NCBI GenBank assembly: GCA_963727525.1
Contig: CAVSGO010000007.1
Coordinates: 1,120,001 to 1,184,000, forward strand
Length of the DNA stretch: 64,000 bases
DNA from: an uncultured bacterium
GTDB taxonomy: Bacteria > Krumholzibacteriota > Krumholzibacteriia > LZORAL124-64-63
Reading direction: 5' to 3'
Below are positions 37,369 to 48,604 of this stretch, piece by piece. The position numbers and the translations under genes were made by a program. The notes below the pieces were generated by a model. It saw nothing but the letters and a program-made list of their open reading frames with translations. It was not told where the DNA came from and did no database searches. Position 1 is the first letter of the stretch; each line of letters opens with the position of its first letter.

Positions 37369-38496
37369 TCAGGCGGGCCGCAAAGCACCGTACCAGGTTT
37401 CGAGATCCACTGCGAGGCGCCGACGGTCGAAACGCTCCTGCACGCGGCCCCGTCCTTTGGCTCCGCGCCGGCGGGCCTCCTCGGGATCGGCCAGGATCGC
37501 CGCGAGCACCGCCGCCAGGGCGCCGACGTCGCCGGGCGGACAGCTCCAGCCGGTGACACCGTCCTCGTTCACCTCCAGGACCCCCGTATCGAGCTGGCTG
37601 GTCACAACCGGCAAGCCCGCCGCCATGGCCTCCAGCAGGACGAGGCCGAAGGTCTCGCTGCGATCCAGGCTGGGCAGGACGACGGCACGGCACCTCTGCA
37701 TGAGATGCGGTAGCTCGGCGTCGGGAACCTCGCCCAGCAGACGGATGCGCGCGGACCAGCCGGCCCGGGCGATCTGGCCCGCCAGCGCGGCACCGAGGGT
37801 ACCGGCTCCGGCGATCACGAGTTCGGCCCCGGGCACGGCACCCACCGCGTCGATCAGCGTCGTCAGCCCCTTGTAGCGGACCAGCCGGCCGACGAAGAGG
37901 AAGGGCCCGTCTCCGCCCACGGGCAACGTGAACCAGGGCGCGGTCTCGATGCCGAACGGAATGACGCGCACTTTAGCGCGCCACGGCGCCAGGACGTTCG
38001 ACGTTTCCCGCAGATGCCCCGTGGACACGCTGATGCCGTCGGCCTGAGCCAGACACCCACGCACGATCGGTGCGATCAGGCGGCGGGTGAAACGTTGTCG
38101 CGTGATATCGGCGTGGTACCAGACGGCGAGCGGAGGCCGCGGGAGCGTGCCGCGCCGCACCGCCGCGCGCCAGGCCCAGCACGCAACGGGATTTGGCAGA
38201 TGGAGGTGCACCACATCCGGACGGAAATCTCTCAGTTCGCGCGCCAGGAGATCCGGCAGCGAAAGGGTGAGAGGCTGGGAATTCCAGGTTCCCCAGGTGG
38301 CGGCGCGCACGAGGACGCCGCGCGCGGAGTCGTCGCGCCCGACGAGCGGCTCCTCCCGTGAGCGAAGACCGCCGCCGGCCGTGAGTGCGTGCACGTCGTG
38401 TCCGCGAGCGAGCAGACTCTCGCAGATGTGGCGTAGCGCCGTCTCCATGCCGCCCTTGACGGGGGGATAATACTTGCCGACCTGCAGGATTCGCAT
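37369..38496 (-). CDS. GT4-family glycosyltransferase
   Basis: KYYPPVKGGME, HLHLPNP, FVGRLVRYKG, ETFGLVLLEAMA motifs. Confidence 0.88.
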   Translation of the reverse strand: MRILQVGKYYPPVKGGMETALRHICESLLARGHDVHALTAGGGLRSREEPLVGRDDSARGVLVRAATWGTWNSQPLTLSLPDLLARELRDFRPDVVHLHLPNPVACWAWRAAVRRGTLPRPPLAVWYHADITRQRFTRRLIAPIVRGCLAQADGISVSTGHLRETSNVLAPWRAKVRVIPFGIETAPWFTLPVGGDGPFLFVGRLVRYKGLTTLIDAVGAVPGAELVIAGAGTLGAALAGQIARAGWSARIRLLGEVPDAELPHLMQRCRAVVLPSLDRSETFGLVLLEAMAAGLPVVTSQLDTGVLEVNEDGVTGWSCPPGDVGALAAVLAAILADPEEARRRGAKGRGRVQERFDRRRLAVDLETWYGALRPA

Positions 38497-38556
38497 GGAT
38501 GCCACTTTAGCCAAGCACGGCACGCGGCGGTAGAGGAAATCCCGCCACCCACGACT

Positions 38557-38582
38557 AAGGGGCGGCCCGTGGGCCGCCCCTT
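38557..38582 (-). terminator. groEL terminator hairpin
   Basis: AAGGGGCGGCCC-GT-GGGCCGCCCCTT perfect palindrome downstream of the groEL stop. Confidence 0.75.
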
Positions 38583-38611
38583 GTCAGTCGAGACACGCGA
38601 AGCGCGCCGGA

Positions 38612-40300
<1,689 letters not shown>

Positions 40301-40316
40301 TCAGCGCAAGTCGGGT

Positions 40317-40604
40317 TTACAGGATCGCGAGGACGTCGCTCTCCCGCAGAATCAGGTAGTCCTTGCCCTCGACGGTGACCTCGGTGCCCGCATACTTGCC
40401 GTAGAGCACCACGTCGCCCTTCTTGACCTCGGGCGCCACGCGCTCACCGCTGTCGCTGACCCGGCCCGGTCCTACAGCGATGATCTTGCCCTGCTGCGGC
40501 TTCTCCTTGGCGGTGTCGGGAATGATGATCCCGCCCTTGATCTGCTCCTGCGCCATCGGCTCGACGACGACCCGGTCGGCCAGGGGCTTCATGGAAATGG
40601 CCAT
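40317..40604 (-). CDS. groES: Co-chaperonin GroES
   Basis: [28 protein letters not shown] motifs. Confidence 0.97.
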   Translation of the reverse strand: MAISMKPLADRVVVEPMAQEQIKGGIIIPDTAKEKPQQGKIIAVGPGRVSDSGERVAPEVKKGDVVLYGKYAGTEVTVEGKDYLILRESDVLAIL

Positions 40605-40645
40605 TGCCTGCCTCCTCGATCTGGGGTGAATGCGGGACACTGCCG

Positions 40646-40672
40646 CTAGCAGTCTCACCGCGTGATTGCTAA
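40646..40672 (-). promoter_or_regulatory. CIRCE element (HrcA operator)
   Basis: TTAGCAATC-N9-GACTGCTAG on the minus strand versus consensus TTAGCACTC-N9-GAGTGCTAA; just downstream of a TATATT -10 (40681-40686). Confidence 0.8.
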
Positions 40673-40868
40673 GCGGGCGGAATATAGTGGCCATACACCC
40701 TTCCGCAAGGCGGAATTTCGCGTTATCGCGGCAGGATATGTCAGCGGCTGCCATCCTGACAGCGCAGTCATTCATGATGTTCCATGATTTGATGTGATGT
40801 GCTGATATGAGAGCCGGCCCAAAAAGAGGGCCGGACCCGGAGCCGGGGTGCTGGGCGCTGCCAGCGGG

Positions 40869-41450
40869 TCAGGAGCCGACGATCGTGATCGTCTCCTCCT
40901 TGAGGAGCTGGCGGTCGAGATAGATGCGCAGCAGGTACTCTCCCGTCTCGCGATGCTTCGCGCGCGAGATGTCGAAGATCGATTCCAGCATGAACGACGG
41001 CGCCTTCACGTGCTGAAGCTCGTGCCGGGAGTGATGTAGGTCGACCGCCTTCTTCCACGCGATGTCGATGTCGTACCCGCCGCTGTCGGCCGGCGTGACG
41101 GCGACCTCGGCGTAGCGGCGATACAGTTCGCGACCGTCGGGGCGGATCCAGACGAGGTGGGCCGAGTACAGCCGATCCGTACGCACGTCATGGAACGTCA
41201 CACGCGCGCGCACCCGACTCGTCTTCTTGATGCGGAACTCGAGGTCCTTGTCGCGCAGCCAGTGCTTCTTCGTGTAGCGGCGGGAGAAGGTGGTCGTGAT
41301 GTGGAACTGGTCGGCGGGCGCTTTCTCGCCGGCGGCCAGCGCCTGCTCATGGGCCGCCTGCTGCTGGGCCTCGCGAGTGTCGCAGCCACCAAGGGCCACC
41401 GTCAATAACATGAGCGCGAGCGTGATCATTCCGATGCGCCAGGATACCAT
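40869..41450 (-). CDS. Hypothetical lipoprotein (Ig-like beta-sandwich)
   Basis: Lipobox LGGC; beta-strand-rich; GEYLLRIYLD motif; GGAGG RBS. Confidence 0.65.
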   Translation of the reverse strand: MVSWRIGMITLALMLLTVALGGCDTREAQQQAAHEQALAAGEKAPADQFHITTTFSRRYTKKHWLRDKDLEFRIKKTSRVRARVTFHDVRTDRLYSAHLVWIRPDGRELYRRYAEVAVTPADSGGYDIDIAWKKAVDLHHSRHELQHVKAPSFMLESIFDISRAKHRETGEYLLRIYLDRQLLKEETITIVGS

Positions 41451-41483
41451 GGTGCCTCCAGCTGTCCGCGATCTGCACGAGCG

Positions 41484-41519
41484 CAGAGGCGGCCGGGCGC
41501 GAGCCCGGCCGCCGCCTGT
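41484..41519 (-). terminator. GC-rich hairpin after the C25 gene
   Basis: GGCGGCCGGGC-GCGA-GCCCGGCCGCC. Confidence 0.5.
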
Positions 41520-41543
41520 GGTCACAGTGGCACGGGGCCACCG

Positions 41544-44500
41544 TTATTTCAAGAGCAGCATCTTGCGCGTGAGCTGCCCCGCGTCGCTGGTCAAGCGGTA
41601 GAAGTACAATCCGCTGGCCACCAGGCCGCCTTGGTCGTTCTGCCCCTGCCACGTCACCTCGTGGGTGCCCGGCGCCTGCAGTCCATGCACGAGCGTGCGC
41701 ACGAGCTTGCCCTGGACATCGAAGATCTGCAACGAGATCTCCTGCGCCCGCGGCACCGCATACGTGATGGTGGTGCGCGGGTTGAACGGGTTCGGGTGAT
41801 TCTGGTGCAGCCCCACGGCGAGCGGGATCTCCGCGTCCACGCCCGTGGAGATGTCGAAGGTGACGTCACCATCGGCCGTGTCCACGGCCTGATGCTGCGC
41901 GGCGTCGCGCACGGTCACGCGGAAGCGGCCGGTGTTCAGCCCCGGCTGCCCCGCGAAGTGCTCGTTCCACACGAAGCTGTAGCTGCCGGCAAAGGCGCCT
42001 TCCGCCACCGGGTAGATGTCGCTGCCGACCACGAAGGCGATCTCCGCATCGACCACGCCGATGTCGTCCGCCGCGTTCCACGTCACATTGACCGGCGTGC
42101 TCGTGGAGAAGGTCTGCCCTCCGTTGGGGTAGGTCAGCGCCACCGTGGGCGGCGTCTGGTCGGCGATGAGAACGTTCGCGTCGAGCGACAGGTCGTCGAC
42201 CAGGGCCTCGACGATCGAACCGGAGCCCGTGTCCTGGGCGATGAAGCGCAGGCGGACGTTGGGCGTCATGGCGATGTAGTCCTCGAGCACGAAGCTCTGC
42301 TGCACCCAGCTGCGGTTGCTCGTGGTGGTGTTCTCGAGCGTGACCCACGACGAGCCGTCGTCGGTGGCCTGGACAACCCAGGCGTCCTCGCCTGGCGCGT
42401 TGCCCGTGTCGTTGCTGAACCAGCGCCAGTAGCTGACGGTGGCGCCCGCATAAGCCGAGAGGTCATAGACCGGGCTGTAGAGCGTCGTCGCCCCGTTGTC
42501 GACATCGTCGCCGCCCTCCACGGCACCCTCGGAATCCTGGCCGGTCACCCAGCAGAGCGTGCCAGGCGTCGGGGTGTGGTCGTCGCTCGGCACGAGGATC
42601 TCGCCGCCGGCCGACACGTAGACGGTATTGGGATCGACACGAGTCCAGATGCCCGTGGTCGCGGTGTCGCCGCCGCCCACGTTGACCTGCCAGCCGGTGT
42701 CGGTTTCCATGGCGTCGTCGAGAATGTGCGTGACGTCGGCCACCTGGAACGAATACACCGGCCAGGGCGCGCCGACTGGATCGGCCGAATCGTTGCCCAC
42801 CACGTCGGCCGCGGTGAGCCAGTACTGCACCCGGGTGCCGACCGGCTGGCCCGGAATCTCCCCGTGCACCAGGCCGCTCGGCGGGTCAACCACGGTGAGC
42901 GGAACCTCGAACGGTCCGCCGTTCGTGGACGACGTGTAATACAGGTGCCGCGAAGCCACGCCGGTGACGTCGGTGATGTTGCTTTCCACGACGTACGGAC
43001 CCGCCGTGTCGGTGGTGTTGCCCAGCATCGTCGTGTTCGCGATGTACGGACCTCGGATGTCGACGAGATTGAAATCCGCCACCGTGAGATGGTCCTCGGT
43101 GATGACCACGTTGCGCGTGGTGTCGGGCGCGAAGCTGTCGTGGTACACGGCCACGTCCCAGGTGCCCACCGGTACGCTGCCCTCGTAGTGGCCGCTCGCA
43201 TCGGACGCGATCTGGCGGCCGGCGCCGACGACCGTCACCAGTGCGCCCTCGATCGGCGCGCCGCCGCCCGAGGCGTTCGTGATCGCGCCACCCAGGCTGC
43301 CCTGGATCTGCGGCACGATGGGCACGATCCGGATCGCGCGCCCGGCCGCTACGGTCGCGGCGCCGCCGGCGTAGTGATTGCCATACGCATAGGTGAGGCC
43401 GTCGGTGCGGTCCTCGTTCTGGATGCCGACGGTGAAGTACGTCGACTCGTCACCATAGATCGACACGCTGTTGTAGAGGATCTCGATGGGGCCGTCGCCC
43501 GTCTCGGTCGCATGGTAGGCGGGATCGTAGAGGATGATCTGGAAGGTGTTGTTGCCGCTGTATCCGCCGCCGGTCTCGGCCCGCCAGCCCGTCCACTGCA
43601 CGATGAATCGATGCTGAGCCGTGTCGTTGTACGTGTGGACGGTTCCGTTGGCGAGATCGTCCCAGAACCCACAGATCATGTTGCCGGGGCCGCCGTCGCT
43701 CGGCAGGTACCAGTTGCGGTACAACCGCTGGTAGGTGTGGCCGAACGCGAGCCAGCCGTTGGTGCAGATCGACACCTGCGTCTGCGGCTGGCCGTAGAGC
43801 TCGAAGGTGAACGGCAGCGCGAAGGTGCCGGTGTCGTCGTCGTAGGACGAGTTGTCCGACAGGCCCGTGTTCTGGCCGATCGCGGAGATGTCCATCCAGT
43901 CGTAAACCGGCGCATTGGCATCGGAGTCGGTGTTGTCGAACGCGTAGTAGCCGTATGCGTCGGGACCGGCCGGATCGCCGGCGACCGCCGTGCCGATCAC
44001 CTTCTGGAACTCCAGCGTGCTGGTTCCACCCTCGGCGAACTGCAGCGTGAGCGTGAAGTTCGCCAGATGGCCCGGATAGCAGTCGGAGGAGATACTCACG
44101 GCGAAGGGGTCACTCTGGCTTACCTGTTGCCCGATCGGCAAGGCGCCGAACGTGCCGGTGTCGTCCGTGATCGTCACCCAGTTGCTCGTGGTGGACAGAG
44201 TCGCCGTGGCCCCGCTCGAGGCCAGATTGCCCGTGTTGACGAGGTCGCTCGTCACGTTGCCCGTTTCTCCCGGGTCCATGGTGCCGCCAGGCCCACTGTA
44301 ATTCACGCGGCTGAGGCTGCCGCGCGGACCGGTGACGAGCACGTCGACAAGGCTGGTCCAGGTCTGGGCGCCGCTGCTGGCATCCAGCCGCAGCGAGATG
44401 GTCTGGCCGCCCGGAGCATCGGCGTCGAGGCTCACCGCGTACGCCCCCTGACTCCAGGCCGATGCGCCGCCTGCAATCGTCCCGAACGCCTGCGTGCCCG

Positions 44501-46667
44501 TGGTGACGTGCACATAGGGCAACGGACTGCTGAGCGTCGCCGTGACGCTGCCCAGCCCGTTGCTCCCGTGGTTGGCGAGCTGAATCGTGAGATCCAGCGC
44601 CTCGCCGGGATTCGGCACGTCGTCACCGTTGCCGCTCGCCTCGCTCAACTGCAGCGCGCTGTAGTCGAGCGATGCGCTCACGTTGCCGATCGTCGCGGAT
44701 CCGAGGAACGGCTTGAGGTTGTGCTTGGTCACCGTGACCTGCAGCGTGCCGTCGGCGACGCCCGCCACCGACAGCACCGCCTGGCCGGCCTGGTCGGTGT
44801 ACGCCGTGGTCTGAACGTTCCCGGCCTGGTAGACGGTCACCATCGCGTCGGCCACCGGTATGCCGCCCACCATCACCGTGACGGGGATGGCATTGGCGCC
44901 ACTGGACAGGGTCGCCGGATAGCTGACCGTGGCCGCGACGGGCACGCCCGTGTAGATCTCGGTCGCGGGATCACCCATCAGGTTGTTCCACGTCGACCAG
45001 ATCGTGACGTTGCTCGGTTCGTTGACGATGAAATTCTTGTAGAGCGCAAGCTTGCCGCGGGTCAGGGCGGGACCCACGCGGTAGTCGCCCGTGTTCAAGA
45101 CGCCGTTGCACACGCCAAGGAAGATGCAGTTGTTGTAACGCGTGTGGGTATGGATGGTCGAGGTCCCGATCGCCGCGACACCGCCACCGCCGGTGTTGCG
45201 CAGGAAAGCCTCGCTCTGCGAGGTCTCGGATAGGAACGACCCCGTGCCACAGGTCATGATGACGGCGAATGGCAACTGGCGGCCGTTGGACAGGGAGTTG
45301 ATGTAGGAATTGGAGAATCCACTCATACCCCACCAGCCGCGGTACGTGAAGATCGACTCGCCCTGGTTGATCGTGTTGAACATCTGCGTCGTGAAATCAC
45401 CGCTGAAGATGGTGTCGATGCGCGTGTATTCGAGGCTCTGCAGCGACTCCTTCACGAACTGCTGGACCCAGACGGTGCTGTAGCCGGAGTTGCCGGGATC
45501 GCCCGTCAAGCCTGCCGTGGTGAACCAGCTCTGATCGCTGAGATCGGGATTGGTCTCATACTGTACGACCTTGTTCACCACGTTCGTCAGCTCCGCTGCG
45601 CTAATCACCGACAGGCGACCGATGTGGACATCCGACAGCACGTCGCCACCCTCGAGCAGGGTGTATTCGTGATCGCCCTCGCCGGAAGCGCCGGAGAGGT
45701 TCTCCTGCCAGGTCGGGATCGAGACGGAACCGGACGCGTCGCCCACCAGCGCGACGAATTCGAGGGGCGGATCGACGTTGTTGTAAATCGACTGGAGGTA
45801 GGACTTGATTGCCGTGTTCGAGGTGCCCGTCTGTGCCGTGGTCGCCAGCAGCACGTGATAGCCCTGACGGCGGCGCCAATCCAGAAGCGGCTGCGCGGCC
45901 GCCGTCACGGACGCGTTATCGGGGCAGATCATCAGGTAGGTCCCCGGTCCGACCATCGTATCGGCGTCGCGGACATAGCCGATGATCTCCTGCTCGTATA
46001 TGCGCGCAAACGATTCCGGGATGCGATGGTGCGCAATCACCGGGTCGTTGCGGGTGTCGCGACCGGCGAACGTCACGTCGACCGTCAGCTTGTGCGCCAC
46101 GGCGATGGCGCCGGTGCTCGGATCGTAGCTGACCGGTGCAAAGGTGACTGGCACGACGCGCAGGCCGTGCATCAGCGCGGGCTCCCCGAGGGCGACCGTG
46201 GCCTCGGACCGCGGCGCCGCCGCATACTGCGTCAGGTCGAGATGCAACGGGGTGTCCGCCTGGAAGGCGTCGCGCAGGGGCAAGTTGGGCGCGATGGCCA
46301 TCGGTGCCAAGGGCGTCATCTCCTTGTCGACCACGCGCAGGCGAGCACCGACGCCCGCCGGCAGAGCCACCAGGCGCGTGATGGTGGGCAGGGCGGCCTG
46401 GCCGACCTGCCCGCTGACACCGCCATCGGCCAGGGCGAGGGCCTGATAGGTACGACCGTCGATCGTCATGTCCGTGACGTCGAGGCTCGGGACGGTCAGT
46501 TCCAGAGTGAATCCATCCAGGCGCTCGGCGAGCACCTTGACGGCGGCGTCCCCCGTATCTCCCTGCGGCGACAACGATAGCGATCGTGTCGCGTCGTCAG
46601 CGGCCCAGGCCGGGGTAACGGCCACGACCAGCGTGAGGATGATCACGGCCCACTTTTGCCAGCGCAT
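41544..46667 (-). CDS. Secreted C25 (gingipain-like) protein, YRG variant, with Ig-like, carboxypeptidase-regulatory-like and FlgD-Ig C-terminal domains
   Basis: Signal peptide; FVALVGD, IGRLS, TYRG, MTCGTG, NLMGDP motifs; NHPNPFNP...RKMLLLK C-terminus. Confidence 0.85.
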   Translation of the reverse strand: MRWQKWAVIILTLVVAVTPAWAADDATRSLSLSPQGDTGDAAVKVLAERLDGFTLELTVPSLDVTDMTIDGRTYQALALADGGVSGQVGQAALPTITRLVALPAGVGARLRVVDKEMTPLAPMAIAPNLPLRDAFQADTPLHLDLTQYAAAPRSEATVALGEPALMHGLRVVPVTFAPVSYDPSTGAIAVAHKLTVDVTFAGRDTRNDPVIAHHRIPESFARIYEQEIIGYVRDADTMVGPGTYLMICPDNASVTAAAQPLLDWRRRQGYHVLLATTAQTGTSNTAIKSYLQSIYNNVDPPLEFVALVGDASGSVSIPTWQENLSGASGEGDHEYTLLEGGDVLSDVHIGRLSVISAAELTNVVNKVVQYETNPDLSDQSWFTTAGLTGDPGNSGYSTVWVQQFVKESLQSLEYTRIDTIFSGDFTTQMFNTINQGESIFTYRGWWGMSGFSNSYINSLSNGRQLPFAVIMTCGTGSFLSETSQSEAFLRNTGGGGVAAIGTSTIHTHTRYNNCIFLGVCNGVLNTGDYRVGPALTRGKLALYKNFIVNEPSNVTIWSTWNNLMGDPATEIYTGVPVAATVSYPATLSSGANAIPVTVMVGGIPVADAMVTVYQAGNVQTTAYTDQAGQAVLSVAGVADGTLQVTVTKHNLKPFLGSATIGNVSASLDYSALQLSEASGNGDDVPNPGEALDLTIQLANHGSNGLGSVTATLSSPLPYVHVTTGTQAFGTIAGGASAWSQGAYAVSLDADAPGGQTISLRLDASSGAQTWTSLVDVLVTGPRGSLSRVNYSGPGGTMDPGETGNVTSDLVNTGNLASSGATATLSTTSNWVTITDDTGTFGALPIGQQVSQSDPFAVSISSDCYPGHLANFTLTLQFAEGGTSTLEFQKVIGTAVAGDPAGPDAYGYYAFDNTDSDANAPVYDWMDISAIGQNTGLSDNSSYDDDTGTFALPFTFELYGQPQTQVSICTNGWLAFGHTYQRLYRNWYLPSDGGPGNMICGFWDDLANGTVHTYNDTAQHRFIVQWTGWRAETGGGYSGNNTFQIILYDPAYHATETGDGPIEILYNSVSIYGDESTYFTVGIQNEDRTDGLTYAYGNHYAGGAATVAAGRAIRIVPIVPQIQGSLGGAITNASGGGAPIEGALVTVVGAGRQIASDASGHYEGSVPVGTWDVAVYHDSFAPDTTRNVVITEDHLTVADFNLVDIRGPYIANTTMLGNTTDTAGPYVVESNITDVTGVASRHLYYTSSTNGGPFEVPLTVVDPPSGLVHGEIPGQPVGTRVQYWLTAADVVGNDSADPVGAPWPVYSFQVADVTHILDDAMETDTGWQVNVGGGDTATTGIWTRVDPNTVYVSAGGEILVPSDDHTPTPGTLCWVTGQDSEGAVEGGDDVDNGATTLYSPVYDLSAYAGATVSYWRWFSNDTGNAPGEDAWVVQATDDGSSWVTLENTTTSNRSWVQQSFVLEDYIAMTPNVRLRFIAQDTGSGSIVEALVDDLSLDANVLIADQTPPTVALTYPNGGQTFSTSTPVNVTWNAADDIGVVDAEIAFVVGSDIYPVAEGAFAGSYSFVWNEHFAGQPGLNTGRFRVTVRDAAQHQAVDTADGDVTFDISTGVDAEIPLAVGLHQNHPNPFNPRTTITYAVPRAQEISLQIFDVQGKLVRTLVHGLQAPGTHEVTWQGQNDQGGLVASGLYFYRLTSDAGQLTRKMLLLK

Positions 46668-46749
46668 GCTTCTCGCCTCCATCTCGTTCAAGGGCACGCA
46701 GCCGCACGCTGCGGCGCGACGTCCGAGGTCGGTTGAGTTCTCGCATTTC

Positions 46750-46905
46750 ATTATAGCAGATTGCATATTTTCAAGTACGTCCGTTTTCTTAACGATTCCG
46801 TGATTAATCCCGACAAATTGTCCTGTAGAGCGCGCATTCTGCAGGATTTGTCTCATAAATATGATTTTCGACCCATGGCGAGGGCATTCGGCGCCGTGCT
46901 ATACT
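46750..46905. promoter_or_regulatory. Divergent extended -10 promoters of the PGA locus
   Basis: TGCTATAAT on the minus strand (46750-46758) and TGCTATACT on the plus strand (46897-46905) in an AT-rich intergenic region. Confidence 0.55.
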
Positions 46906-46954
46906 CGCCCGTACTGAAACACCGTAACCCGACGTATGCCGGAGGTTGTCGCCC

Positions 46955-48604
46955 ATGATCCGCGTTTTGACCCGACCCCTAGCCCTGCTCGTGCTTCTCG
47001 TCGCCGCCACGGCCACGGCCGGCGTGATCAACGTACCCGGCGACTACTCCCTGATCCAGGATGCCGTCATGGCCGCGGCGTCTGGCGACACGGTCCTCGT
47101 CGCCGCCGGGACCTACCACGATTGCACCCACGAGACGGAAGGGCCGGGCACCACCCCGGCCTGCGTCATCATGCGTTCGGGCGTGACGCTGCGGGGCGTG
47201 AGCCAGAGCGGCACCGTCATCGACGCCGAGGGCCTCGGCCGCGGCATCTTCGTGCAGAACGTGGCGAACTGCCGCATCGAGAACCTCACCGTCACCGGCG
47301 CCTTCGCCGACGTCTACGGGGCCGGCATCCTGGTACGCCGCGTCGGCGATACCGTCACCATGACGGACGTGACGATCGATCAGAACCTCGACGGCGGGAT
47401 CATCTGCACCAGCCACGCCGACCCGGTGCTGACCCGCGTCACGTTCACGCAGAACGTCGCCAAGCAGGGTGGTGGACTGTCGATTGAAGATACGAGTTCT
47501 GTCCAGGTCATCGACTGCATCGTCGACGACAACAGCGCCCCCTCGGCGGCGGGCGTGTTCGTGCGCAACCAGAGCGTGGCCACGCTCACCGGTTGCCAGA
47601 TCATCGACAACGTGGGCACAGCGCCCAACAGCAACTGCGGGGGCTTGTTCGTCAACGAGGCCGAGATCCACATGAGCGACTGCCTCGTCGCCGGCAACGT
47701 CAGTCTCGGCAACGGTGGCGGCATCGCCATGAGTGCCACTTCGGGCGAGATCGCCAATAGCGTGATCAGCGGCAATACCTGCAGTTCGCCCTTCACGAAG
47801 GGCGGCGGCCTCGCTTGTGAGCAGTCGTCGGTGACCCTGCGCAACCTGCTCATCGCGAACAACGCCGTCACCGGCCTGTCGGGCAAGGGCGGTGGCATAG
47901 ACGTGAGCTTCTCGCCGTCGCCGACGATCGAGCACTGCACGATCGTGGGCAACTCCTGCGAGGCCTCGGGCAGCGGCGGCGGCATCTCCTGCCAGCTCGG
48001 CGCCTCGCCGACGCTCACCAATTGCATCATCGCCGGCAGCCCCGTGGGCGAAGCGATGGTCTGCCTCATCGCCGCGAACCCCACGGTGACGGGTTGCGAC
48101 CTGTGGGGCAATGCCGGGGGCGACGCGATCTGCGGCACCGACGGCGGCTGCAACTTCTCGGCCGACCCCGTCTTCTGCGGTACGACCGGCCACGAGTACA
48201 ACATCCAGCCGGGCAGCCCCTGCGCGGCCGGCAACCATCCCGATGGCGGCGCCTGCGGTGCGAGTTACTGTGGAGCGTACGCCGTTGGCTGCGGCGACGT
48301 GGGTGTGGAGGATCTGCCGGACCCGGCCGGTCTCGTGCTGGGCAACGCGCCGAATCCGTTCAACCCACTGACCAGCATCTACTTCATCCTTGACGCGCCC
48401 GGCGACGCCGTGCTTGGTATCTACGACCTGCGTGGCCACGCGCTCCGCACCTTCCACTTCTCCCAGGTGCGCGCGGGTCAACGGCACGAGATCGTCTGGA
48501 ATGGCAAGGACGACGCCGGCCTGGACCTGCCTAGTGGTGTTTATCTCTACCGCCTGCAGGCAAACGGCCTGACCACCAGCAAGAGGATGAGTCTGATCCG
48601 ATGA
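46955..48604 (+). CDS. Secreted right-handed parallel beta-helix protein with FlgD-Ig C-terminal domain
   Basis: VPGDYSLIQDAV...GDTVLV.AGTY; GGGI/N-rich repeats; NAPNPFNP...KRMSLIR C-terminus. Confidence 0.82.
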   Translation: MIRVLTRPLALLVLLVAATATAGVINVPGDYSLIQDAVMAAASGDTVLVAAGTYHDCTHETEGPGTTPACVIMRSGVTLRGVSQSGTVIDAEGLGRGIFVQNVANCRIENLTVTGAFADVYGAGILVRRVGDTVTMTDVTIDQNLDGGIICTSHADPVLTRVTFTQNVAKQGGGLSIEDTSSVQVIDCIVDDNSAPSAAGVFVRNQSVATLTGCQIIDNVGTAPNSNCGGLFVNEAEIHMSDCLVAGNVSLGNGGGIAMSATSGEIANSVISGNTCSSPFTKGGGLACEQSSVTLRNLLIANNAVTGLSGKGGGIDVSFSPSPTIEHCTIVGNSCEASGSGGGISCQLGASPTLTNCIIAGSPVGEAMVCLIAANPTVTGCDLWGNAGGDAICGTDGGCNFSADPVFCGTTGHEYNIQPGSPCAAGNHPDGGACGASYCGAYAVGCGDVGVEDLPDPAGLVLGNAPNPFNPLTSIYFILDAPGDAVLGIYDLRGHALRTFHFSQVRAGQRHEIVWNGKDDAGLDLPSGVYLYRLQANGLTTSKRMSLIR